The position numbers and the translations under genes are program-made. DNA of 64,000 bases from an uncultured virus (IMG/VR IMGVR_UViG_3300017917_004917) (Duplodnaviria > Heunggongvirae > Uroviricota > Caudoviricetes). Shown here piece after piece: positions 55,820-64,000 of the stretch (position 1 is its first letter; each line of letters starts with the position of its first letter). The notes beneath the pieces were generated by a model that worked only from the letters and a program-made list of their open reading frames with translations, made no database searches and was not told where the DNA came from. The stretch lies in IMG/VR virus record IMGVR_UViG_3300017917_004917; one strand, written 5' to 3'.

Positions 55820-57256
55820 ATGATATTTAGAATATATCCAACTAAGAGTAATACTATTGCTTCTGGAGTTTATAAAAATTATAATAGTGGACAGAATCAT
55901 GTAACAGACCTTTGGTTTGGGGGTGGTGGTACTGATACTGCACCAGAAAAAAGAAATTCTATTAGTAGATTTATTATTAAATTTGACCTCAGTGAGCTTA
56001 CAGAAAAATTTAATCTAAAAAATATAAATCAGAGTCTTATTTCTTCGTATAGATTAAAAATGAAAAATGCAATACCAAGTGATAGAATACTTGAGCCTGA
56101 ATATGAGTTTGATGTTCTTGATAAGAGGATATCTTCTTCATATGACTTAATCGCTTTTCCTATAAATAAAGATTGGGATGAAGGTAGAGGATATGACTTA
56201 TATAAAGAAAATTACTTAGTTAAGCAGTATGGAAATCCGATAACATCTGGTTATTCTAATTGGGATTCAGCTACGCTATCTACAAGCTGGGATGAACCAG
56301 GGGTTTATTTAAACCCAACTGCCTCTACGGCTGTAACTCAATACTCAACTCAACACTTTGACCTTGGAAATGAGGATATTGATATGGATATTACTGTAAT
56401 TGTAAATGACTGGCTTAGTGGTGGTTCTCAAAATTTTGGGATTGGAATTGCATATAGAAGGGATTATGAATTACTAAGCACAGATACAAGATATATAGCC
56501 TCTTTCTTTACTGAAAAAACAAATACAGCATTTAAGCCATACTTAGAGGTTAATTATAACCAATCTTTTCAAGACGACAGACTTCAGGTTACAAATAATA
56601 GAATGTCAAGATTATTCTTATACACTTATAGTGGAAATAATTCTGTAAATTACTTCTCAGCTGGAACTGTGGATATTGAGAGTATTTCTGGAGTACCAGT
56701 TATAACAGGATTGACGCCAACTCATCTAGAGAATGGTGTTTACTATGTTGATGTCTTGATGAGCTCAGCAACTCGTGGACAACAGTACAAAGATATATGG
56801 AGAGGAATTACTTTTGTTCCTGGAATTGACCAACAGGATATTACACAAATATTTACAATTAAGGATAATTACTATTTAAATAATGTACCTCAAGTAAATG
56901 ACTATTCTATTTCTGTTTATGGAATTGAAAATAACACTACACTATCAATTGGAGAGACGCACAAAGTATTTGTTGACTTAAGAGTTAACTACAGCAGTAG
57001 AAATCAACCTAGCACAGCTTATGATATCAAATATAGATTAGTTATGAATAATCAAGATGAGGTTATACCATGGACATCTATAAATCAAGCTGTAATAAAC
57101 AAGTGCAAGCAAAACTATTTTGTTCTAGAGACTGGTTGGTTATTACATAATCAGACTTATAAAATAGAATTTAGAATTGACGAATTTGGAACTAAGAGAG
57201 TTATGCCTGACTATATGACATTTAAAGTTATAAGGCCAGATGGTTTCATTAATTAA
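55820..57256 (+). CDS. Virion structural protein (DNRLRE-like jelly-roll N-terminal domain)
   Basis: SRFIIKFDL...WDEG.G...DMDIT.IVNDWL....NFG...F..PYLEV.Y. Confidence 0.6.
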   Translation: MIFRIYPTKSNTIASGVYKNYNSGQNHVTDLWFGGGGTDTAPEKRNSISRFIIKFDLSELTEKFNLKNINQSLISSYRLKMKNAIPSDRILEPEYEFDVLDKRISSSYDLIAFPINKDWDEGRGYDLYKENYLVKQYGNPITSGYSNWDSATLSTSWDEPGVYLNPTASTAVTQYSTQHFDLGNEDIDMDITVIVNDWLSGGSQNFGIGIAYRRDYELLSTDTRYIASFFTEKTNTAFKPYLEVNYNQSFQDDRLQVTNNRMSRLFLYTYSGNNSVNYFSAGTVDIESISGVPVITGLTPTHLENGVYYVDVLMSSATRGQQYKDIWRGITFVPGIDQQDITQIFTIKDNYYLNNVPQVNDYSISVYGIENNTTLSIGETHKVFVDLRVNYSSRNQPSTAYDIKYRLVMNNQDEVIPWTSINQAVINKCKQNYFVLETGWLLHNQTYKIEFRIDEFGTKRVMPDYMTFKVIRPDGFIN

Positions 57257-58220
57257 TCCTTACATGGTTTGATATAATTCTCTGTAGATTACCATCAACT
57301 GTATACTTTGCCATTTCATCTGATTCTGGAATTGACAATAGGGGCTTTTGTGGGGTATGAATGTGATTTAATAAAACTTTTATAATTAAATCTAAAAGCT
57401 TTATTAATTCATCTCCAAAAACTGCTGGATGGAGTGTGTTAGCTAGTTCTCCAAAAGATTTTAAATCATCATTCTTTTCAAAAACAGCAATAGAATTTTC
57501 TCTAAACTTACCTCTATTTGAATAAATATTTACATTTGTAGATATCATATTTGATTGAGAATATCTTGGTAATAGTTCGCTATTTTTACTTAAATCATTC
57601 TCTAATTGAATTATTTGTAGCCATGATGGCGTCTCTTCATTTAACTCAAGAGTTCCCTTGTTAAACTTTCCAGCAACAAGAAGAGCTTCCCTTGGTTTAA
57701 GTATTAAATCAGAATCTGAACGACCTTGGATTGCTATATCACCGTTTTTAGGCAAAATAGTATATGCCTTTAAATTATTATCTTTATTTGGATTTAAATT
57801 AAATTGAGTATAGTCAAAAATTCTATTTGCCTCACTATAAGATTGAAATTTAAGTTTAAATGGACTATTTATTTGAGAACCCATATAATATCTTGGTGCT
57901 GAATTATCAGAAGGGTTTTCTAATAAAATATAAATCATTTCATCAACAAGCGGTACTATGTGAAAATGATTAGGCATCATTGGAACACAAAAAGGCAACT
58001 GTTCATTAGGGGTATCTCTATCTCTACCACCTAATATTTTACCATTTTCATCTAAAGACACTATTCTAGCAACAACCCTCTTCATACCTAATGGGTCCTC
58101 ATTATTTACAACTATTGCTGGGTATATATTTCTTGAAGCGGGGTTTCCATCAGAAGAAATACCTCCACTAATACCTTGAGATTGCAATGTTGCTCTAGCC
58201 AACCTATCTAATCCTGCCAT
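57249..58220 (-). CDS. Baseplate spike/hub protein (gp5/gpV OB-fold)
   Basis: AIVVNNEDPLGMKRVVARI...P.MP....VP.VDE.I.I...YYMG; C-terminal HIH apex motif. Confidence 0.75.
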   Translation of the reverse strand: MAGLDRLARATLQSQGISGGISSDGNPASRNIYPAIVVNNEDPLGMKRVVARIVSLDENGKILGGRDRDTPNEQLPFCVPMMPNHFHIVPLVDEMIYILLENPSDNSAPRYYMGSQINSPFKLKFQSYSEANRIFDYTQFNLNPNKDNNLKAYTILPKNGDIAIQGRSDSDLILKPREALLVAGKFNKGTLELNEETPSWLQIIQLENDLSKNSELLPRYSQSNMISTNVNIYSNRGKFRENSIAVFEKNDDLKSFGELANTLHPAVFGDELIKLLDLIIKVLLNHIHTPQKPLLSIPESDEMAKYTVDGNLQRIISNHVRIN

Positions 58221-58454
58221 TTACGATTTTTTTATTTGTTCAAATATTAAAGATTGCTCTTGCTTAATTTGGTCAAGTTCAATAAACAATTCTTCAATTA
58301 TAGCCATTCCATCAATGTGCTCTGGTCCTATATTTTCTTTAGAATCAAGGCTATCAAGAGCAGTGTTGATTATAGCTTTTTTTTCATCAAACTTATCTGC
58401 GAGTTTTTGAGCCTCAATTATAAGTTCTTTCTTAGTTTTTTTAATTTCTTCCAT
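58221..58454 (-). CDS. Hypothetical coiled-coil protein
   Basis: Operon context. Confidence 0.55.
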   Translation of the reverse strand: MEEIKKTKKELIIEAQKLADKFDEKKAIINTALDSLDSKENIGPEHIDGMAIIEELFIELDQIKQEQSLIFEQIKKS

Positions 58455-58870
58455 TAGCTTGCTATTCCTGTTGCTGAGTGAGGAGCAGTTGTAGCACCTA
58501 CAACAGATACTGGACCACCAGCATTAGCCCCTGCTGCTGTAACTATAGCTCCAGCATCTGTTGCTATATCAATTCTCATATCTGTTTGTATTGCTGTCAC
58601 TATTTCTTCACAAAGTATTTTTACAAAATTTTCCATAACATTAGGGGTACCTCCAGCTAAGGTCCCAGTTGGTATGCCTGCCTCGTTAAATCTAGAGGTT
58701 ATTGATGCTGTTAAAATTTGAGCATTTAAACCTGGTCTTGTTTTGGCTAATAGTATTTCAGGAATACTAGGCTTAGGTACAGGCACTCTATCTTCCTTTA
58801 GTAGGAATAATAAAAAATCAGCTATTTCTTCTGATTTTTGTAAGTCTTCGCTAATTGGTATTACTGCCAT
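58454..58870 (-). CDS. Putative baseplate-associated protein
   Basis: RPGL.A..L.ASI..R..EAGIP.G...GANAGGPV.VVG; lies next to the spike gene. Confidence 0.55.
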   Translation of the reverse strand: MAVIPISEDLQKSEEIADFLLFLLKEDRVPVPKPSIPEILLAKTRPGLNAQILTASITSRFNEAGIPTGTLAGGTPNVMENFVKILCEEIVTAIQTDMRIDIATDAGAIVTAAGANAGGPVSVVGATTAPHSATGIAS

Positions 58871-58876
58871 AATTTT

Positions 58877-60187
58877 TTATTTTTGTGATGTTGCTACTGT
58901 CCCTATTATAGAAGCTATAGTCGCTGCTGCTGCAGCATATTTTTTTGCCTTATTAGCGATTTCAGCAGCTTCTCCTAACTTATTAAATATTGCAAATTTT
59001 TGTTTTATCTTTTCAGCTGCTCTCTTTTGTTTTTCTATTGCAGTTCTAGCAAAATAATTTGCTATAAGTTTCTTAAATTCCTTTATAGTAAAAACAAGAA
59101 GCATTCTTAATAATTCTTTCAATAGAGCATTTGCTAGACTCTTAAAAAATTCTTGTTTTTCTAATGGATTCTGTGAAGGATTTCCATCAGAATTCATAAT
59201 TTCACAATTACTATATGCAACATTATTTGCATCAAGACCAAAAGAACCACTACTTGCATTGGGGTCTGAAGATATTGCTGTAAATATAGGGCCTAAATAT
59301 GGAAAAACTAAAGAGGAAATGTAATTTAATAGTTTTACAATTAATATTTCAAAAAAACTTTTTCCTATAGAATTTGAGTTTTGTTCATTATTTATTCTTT
59401 GACCTTGATTTTTAACATGTTGAACCAAGATTGACAAACTTTGAGCTGGAGTTGGAGGTAAAGCGGAACTGGATGTAAATAATCCACCACCCTCAAATAT
59501 GTACCCTGGGTCTTCTGGTAATTTTATTTTAACATCTTGACAATTAACTTCAAATATAACTTCACCTTTCTCAAGCTGCTTTCTAAGAGCTATTCTGTTA
59601 TATTCAACATCCTGTTGTAAAATAATTGGGTCACTAGACAAGCTAAATAAATTAACACCACAAATAGCATTCTCAAACAATCTTTCCCTTTCTGATGCGC
59701 TTGGATTTAAAATATCAGCAGCACCACCATTCTTTGGGCCAAAAATCATTAATGTTAAATTTTTGGCCATCTGCTGCTTTACAGCTTGAAGAAATGTTTG
59801 TGGAACCAGACTGGAAAGATATGCTCTATTACTTATTTTATATTCATCCTTTTCTTTTTGAGAAGCTGTTGGGTTGTTTAACCCAGGCAATCTTCTGCCC
59901 TTTTGACCTATAGAGTCAGCGACTGCATAAATAACTTTTTCTTCTAAAAAAGTACCACCAACATCAAAAACTTTATCTAAAAATAAATTAAAAATTAACT
60001 CAGGCTCAATACCTAAAGCTCTCATAACCTTTATTAAATAATCATAGGTAGATATTTGTTTATCCTTTGGTATATTTAAATTTTTATCAATAGGTAGTGA
60101 AAGCAAGCTTTTCATTGACCCTATTTTTGACGTCAGTTCAGCTTGAGACTCTGTAAGTGGAGATGATATTGGTATTTTTAATGACAT
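58877..60187 (-). CDS. Hypothetical helical protein, tail module
   Basis: 436-aa ORF in operon context. Confidence 0.55.
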   Translation of the reverse strand: MSLKIPISSPLTESQAELTSKIGSMKSLLSLPIDKNLNIPKDKQISTYDYLIKVMRALGIEPELIFNLFLDKVFDVGGTFLEEKVIYAVADSIGQKGRRLPGLNNPTASQKEKDEYKISNRAYLSSLVPQTFLQAVKQQMAKNLTLMIFGPKNGGAADILNPSASERERLFENAICGVNLFSLSSDPIILQQDVEYNRIALRKQLEKGEVIFEVNCQDVKIKLPEDPGYIFEGGGLFTSSSALPPTPAQSLSILVQHVKNQGQRINNEQNSNSIGKSFFEILIVKLLNYISSLVFPYLGPIFTAISSDPNASSGSFGLDANNVAYSNCEIMNSDGNPSQNPLEKQEFFKSLANALLKELLRMLLVFTIKEFKKLIANYFARTAIEKQKRAAEKIKQKFAIFNKLGEAAEIANKAKKYAAAAATIASIIGTVATSQK

Positions 60188-60192
60188 AAATA

Positions 60193-60561
60193 TTATTTAT
60201 CTTCTAAATCTTCATTATTATTCTCTCTTTCTTCTTGCTCCTTTATTGCATCAATAAGCGCTCTCTTAGTTGCATCATTGAAATTAACTTCAACACTTGA
60301 TGATGAATCTTCCTTATATACTATTGATTTTATTTCTTTAGCTAATCTTTCGATTCCATCAGAAGCACTAGATGCTTGCTTAAGAAAATCAATCGCATTC
60401 TTTCCCATTAACACAAAACTTTCAGCACTATCCATTTGAGAATCAACTCTTCTATATCTATCAAGAGCCATATCTCTTTCTTGTATCTTATATCTATATA
60501 CTTCAGACATAAGTTTTTCATACAATTCTTTTGTTGGATTCATTTTTTTATCATCTTCCAT
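60193..60561 (-). CDS. Hypothetical protein
   Basis: Likely start MEDDKK at 60561, with TATTTAT 20 nt upstream. Confidence 0.55.
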   Translation of the reverse strand: MEDDKKMNPTKELYEKLMSEVYRYKIQERDMALDRYRRVDSQMDSAESFVLMGKNAIDFLKQASSASDGIERLAKEIKSIVYKEDSSSSVEVNFNDATKRALIDAIKEQEERENNNEDLEDK

Positions 60562-60597
60562 TTTAATAATTTTTATATTAATAAATAAATAAAAATA

Positions 60598-60636
60598 AAA
60601 AATCACCTCTTAAATATAATAGGAGGTGATTTTTTT
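60598..60636. terminator. Intrinsic terminator hairpin
   Basis: aaaatcacctc/gaggtgatttt. Confidence 0.7.
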
Positions 60637-60653
60637 ATTTGCATAAGTACTTA

Positions 60654-61562
60654 TTAATAATAAGGAAAAATATCATCATCATAACCATAATATTTATCTT
60701 GATGTTTATCAATAAAATCTTGTTTCTTATGCTTGTACAATACTTTAAATCTATGTAGAGAATAAGTAATGTCTTTTGTCTCAAGATTTGTATGCTCCTT
60801 TATTAATTTATAAATTGAGCTCTTAGAATATACGCCAATTAACTCATGATTTTTAAAGATATCCACAATTGCCTCTGCAACTTTTGCATCATTTTTTGAT
60901 ATATCTGACCTACCTATTTCATTCTCAAATAAATCAGTTATATAATTAAATAAAGCCATGGAGCTATCTAATTCAGACTCCTCATCTATTTCAAATGTCG
61001 AGGATTCATCAGCTTCTTCGCTATGACTCTCATAACTCAAAATGACTCTAGTACCCTTATCAACTTCCTTTTTTTTATTTTGAAGGTAGTGCTTAGCTAC
61101 TGTACCATAAAAAGAAAAAGACTTAGTATTTTGTTCTGGGTCAAAATTACAAAACTTTTCAATAACATGAGACATGCAATCATTATGAAGAGTTTTAATG
61201 TCAACTCCAGACCTAAATAGCTTAAAACTAAATATAATATTTTCAATCAACCTAGTAAGGGGCTTATGAATGTCTTTTCTAAATATTTCTTCCTTTTCTT
61301 TAATTATATTAATCCTGCTAGTATAATCTACCATTGATTGGTTGATTAAAATAAATTCTTCATCTAATTTTATAATTTTAAACTTAGAATTTATTTTATT
61401 TTTTTCAATACTCTTCTCAACATCCTCAATATGTTTGTCAATTTTGTATTGATAATAATTAAAGTCTTTTTTTAAATATTCTTTAACGGCCTCTTCAGTA
61501 TTTATTGTCCAATATTCTTTCTTTTTAGCTACCTTATCATTATTTTTATGGTTGCTATTCAT
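60654..61562 (-). CDS. Phage sigma factor, T4 gp55-like (late transcription)
   Basis: EYWT..TEEAVKEY...RLIENII..F...EKFCNFDPEQNTKSFSFYGTVAKHYL, a sigma region 2-like segment. Confidence 0.65.
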   Translation of the reverse strand: MNSNHKNNDKVAKKKEYWTINTEEAVKEYLKKDFNYYQYKIDKHIEDVEKSIEKNKINSKFKIIKLDEEFILINQSMVDYTSRINIIKEKEEIFRKDIHKPLTRLIENIIFSFKLFRSGVDIKTLHNDCMSHVIEKFCNFDPEQNTKSFSFYGTVAKHYLQNKKKEVDKGTRVILSYESHSEEADESSTFEIDEESELDSSMALFNYITDLFENEIGRSDISKNDAKVAEAIVDIFKNHELIGVYSKSSIYKLIKEHTNLETKDITYSLHRFKVLYKHKKQDFIDKHQDKYYGYDDDIFPYY

Positions 61563-61579
61563 ATATTAAATATTTTTAA

Positions 61580-62521
61580 TTATACTGCTTCAGAAAAGGT
61601 CTTACATCTATCTTCATCAAAAAAATATTCCTTCTTAGCTAATTCCATCCAAAAAGAAGCTTCACTAGGATTTATACCTCCTTTTTCTTCGGGAATAGCT
61701 GTAATATTACTTGGAACTTTTGATGATGAATGACTAAATTCGTTTGTGTTATTTACTCTAAAATCATATCCAATCCTAGGGATTGTCATCATTTTAATGT
61801 CATTATAAATCATTCTTAAGAAAAATTCATAGTAGTGACTTAATTTAATACTCTCTTTCATAGGGCATAATCTACCATCTTTATCTTCACTAAACTCTTC
61901 TAACGAACTTACTCTATAGACACCTCCAAGTGGATTTGCGCAATTAAATCTCAATAAAAGATTCATATCAAACTTACCTGCTTCCTCAGAAATACCCTCA
62001 GCCCAACAAGCTTCATTCATCATACCTGCTAATGAACCATTTTGGAAATTCCTAATCATAGGTAGGAAGAAGCCTATTTCACCATTTTCTTGCATGTACT
62101 TATTTGCCACATTATACCAAGAAGCTCCTACTGTATCTTCACACTCAATAATAGAGAATGCCTCATAACCACCTTCTATTGATAGGTTAAAAATTGTATT
62201 GAATATTTTTGAGAAATTACTAATTTCTGTTTTAACTAATTGAATGTCAATGCTATTTTCAGAATCAATTATCTCTTCAAAAACTTTACCTTCTTCATCA
62301 GTTCTAACAGTTTTAATAGAAGGTTTTTTAGATATATTCATTAAAGCTTCAACTTCTTTATCTGATAAACCAGCATCTAGTACAACAACGTCAACAGGGT
62401 AAGTTTGATTAGACAATCCATAAAGACATTCTGCCAATTGGCCCTCATGTTTAATCTTATCAAGATATAATCCTACAAGAATATTACTGTTTGTAGCTTT
62501 CAAGTTCTTTGATTCTTTCAT
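61580..62521 (-). CDS. Glycosyltransferase family 2-like protein
   Basis: LAECL.GL..QTYPVDVVVLD, IIECED (degenerate DxD), YYEFFLRM...IPRIGY. Confidence 0.6.
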   Translation of the reverse strand: MKESKNLKATNSNILVGLYLDKIKHEGQLAECLYGLSNQTYPVDVVVLDAGLSDKEVEALMNISKKPSIKTVRTDEEGKVFEEIIDSENSIDIQLVKTEISNFSKIFNTIFNLSIEGGYEAFSIIECEDTVGASWYNVANKYMQENGEIGFFLPMIRNFQNGSLAGMMNEACWAEGISEEAGKFDMNLLLRFNCANPLGGVYRVSSLEEFSEDKDGRLCPMKESIKLSHYYEFFLRMIYNDIKMMTIPRIGYDFRVNNTNEFSHSSSKVPSNITAIPEEKGGINPSEASFWMELAKKEYFFDEDRCKTFSEAV

Positions 62522-63701
62522 CTTTATATTCATTTAAAAGGTTTGTGATATTTTCTTTTTCTCCCTCAGAAGTATATTTACTAAGAGTTTTTTCATAGTT
62601 TTCTTGGATTTGTGGACTATCCATTTCTCCATTAAGCCACTTATCAATAGCAATTCCAAGGATTTCTGCAGTCTGGAATATATCTCCATTATTACACCAA
62701 AATCCATTTTCATTAGTCATATATTCTTTCCCACCAAATGAAGCCCATCCTATTGTATGAGTTCCGCAGGCCATAGCCTCAAGCGGGGCTGTACCAAATC
62801 CAGCGATGTCATCAGTGTATAGATAAAATGCACAAGAAGCAAGTCTTTCAGCAAATTGTTCTCTATCCATACCTTCAAGTTCTTGAAATCTAACCCACTT
62901 AAGGTGTGGATAAAATGCATAAAATGTCTTAATAATATTATAAGTCTTAAGTTTATTTTCTGGACCTCTTGATGCCGTGAAGGCAACCATTGGAAGTTTA
63001 TCAGAAATTTTTTGTGGAACTTTAAAAACTTCTCTGTTAATACCTTGCTTGAAGTCTTTTATATTAAGACCAGGCATTACAGATACGATATATTCAGTAA
63101 TAGCATCAGATACAGATATTACATCATTAATTCCATAGTGTTGCCACTTCTCACCTGGCTGCATTGCGTTTAATATATAAAACCAACTTTGTGCAAATAC
63201 AATCCTCTTACAAGGTACTTGCATTGTTTTTTTCATGATATCTGGGAACCCTTCAGGAATAATTAAAAAATCTTCAATCTTAACATTAAGTTGAGAACCA
63301 AATTGAGATGTTCCATCACTAAAATTCATTTCTATAGGATTTCCTTTATCATCACGCAAATCACCAAGAGGCATAAATTTAATTTTTGATATGTCGAAAT
63401 CTACCCACTTAGGATTAAATTTCTGAAAAACATCAACTTGTTTTTGAGCTTTAGCGGAAGCTTCATAAGAAGCTCTCTGGTCGTGTATTGGCTCATAAAC
63501 AATAGTGACATCAAATCCATTGTCGCTAAGATTCTTAGCAGCTCTAAGAAGAACTCCAACTCCACCGCTTGGTAAATTCATAGGTGGACAATAGAAATAG
63601 GTTTTAAATGCATTATCTCTAAGCTTACCAATAGCATTGTCGATAATTTCATTGTGAGTAGGACTTTTTACCTCCTCTTGTAATTCAACATTTTTTTCCA
63701 T
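62484..63701 (-). CDS. Glycosyltransferase, GT-B fold (family 4-like)
   Basis: SGGVGVL, DFLIIPE, IAGFGTAPLEAMACGTHTIG. Confidence 0.75.
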   Translation of the reverse strand: MEKNVELQEEVKSPTHNEIIDNAIGKLRDNAFKTYFYCPPMNLPSGGVGVLLRAAKNLSDNGFDVTIVYEPIHDQRASYEASAKAQKQVDVFQKFNPKWVDFDISKIKFMPLGDLRDDKGNPIEMNFSDGTSQFGSQLNVKIEDFLIIPEGFPDIMKKTMQVPCKRIVFAQSWFYILNAMQPGEKWQHYGINDVISVSDAITEYIVSVMPGLNIKDFKQGINREVFKVPQKISDKLPMVAFTASRGPENKLKTYNIIKTFYAFYPHLKWVRFQELEGMDREQFAERLASCAFYLYTDDIAGFGTAPLEAMACGTHTIGWASFGGKEYMTNENGFWCNNGDIFQTAEILGIAIDKWLNGEMDSPQIQENYEKTLSKYTSEGEKENITNLLNEYKDERIKELESYKQ

Positions 63702-63788
63702 GAAAACTATTTATTTCGATTAATTTTAAAGTATTATAACTTATTAAAATAAATATATAAACGTAATTAAGTAAAATAAATAGTTTTT

Positions 63789-63829
63789 AAAAAAAAAAGA
63801 CCATGAAAATAATTTCATGGTCTTTTTTT
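63789..63829. terminator. Intrinsic terminator hairpin
   Basis: aaaaaagaccatgaaa/tttcatggtcttttttt. Confidence 0.75.
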
Positions 63830-63842
63830 ATTTTTATAAAAT

Positions 63843-64000
63843 TTATTTTTTTTCTTCGACAAATATTTTTTCTAAAAAAGAAGTACTAATTTCTGACAAG
63901 GACTTAAATGAATATTCTGCATTATCCCACTTATTAAATCCATGTTCGATTTTAATAACTGTCTTTCCACTTGGAACATTTTGCAATATTTCAGGAACAC
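63843..64000 (-). CDS. C-terminal end of a gene continuing beyond the window
   Basis: Manual translation ...VPEILQNVPSGKTVIKIEHGFNKWDNAEY...EEKK*. Confidence 0.5.
   Translation of the reverse strand, partial: VPEILQNVPSGKTVIKIEHGFNKWDNAEYSFKSLSEISTSFLEKIFVEEKK

Noticed and set aside
1..64000. Stop-codon reassignment as seen in some large Bacteroidota phages
   Set aside because: Long conserved genes are intact in the standard code, and TAG and TGA both end genes at sensible positions (for example 47231, 52776, 18726).
1..64000. tRNA, rRNA or other structured RNA genes
   Set aside because: Intergenic gaps are short and AT-rich, and I saw no cloverleaf or T-loop signatures by eye. A covariance-model scan would be needed to exclude them fully.

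Overview
Strongly AT-rich, gene-dense segment of a large (jumbo-type) tailed myophage. The host is most likely a Bacteroidota: DUF4494 and Hc1-like genes are present, TAnnTTTG promoters occur, and leaders are A-rich without Shine-Dalgarno sites. The standard genetic code appears to be used. Layout: (1) 1-17.6 kb holds a repeat-rich fibre gene, two PcfJ-like genes, many small proteins sharing an 'IRxxIREE'-type leader, a phage IF3, a DotN/IcmJ-like HNH protein and an endolysin. (2) 17.6-18.7 kb is an integron-style two-gene cassette whose recombination junctions can be rebuilt from the sequence. (3) 18.7-32.5 kb is a replication/recombination block: intein-containing SNF2 helicase, Cas4-like nuclease, WYL-like protein, a split SbcD/SbcC locus interrupted by an endonuclease, primase and RuvC. 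(4) 32.6-60.6 kb is a tail/baseplate module with an embedded ADP-ribosyltransferase-like gene. (5) The end holds a gp55-like sigma factor and two glycosyltransferases. The most striking signals are the G|TT cassette integrated into a palindromic phage site carrying a 21-codon leader ORF, the SbcD gene split at complementary acidic/basic tags, and a shared leader plus TATTTAT promoter that may mark virion-packaged cargo. All calls come from reading motifs by eye; no searches were run.
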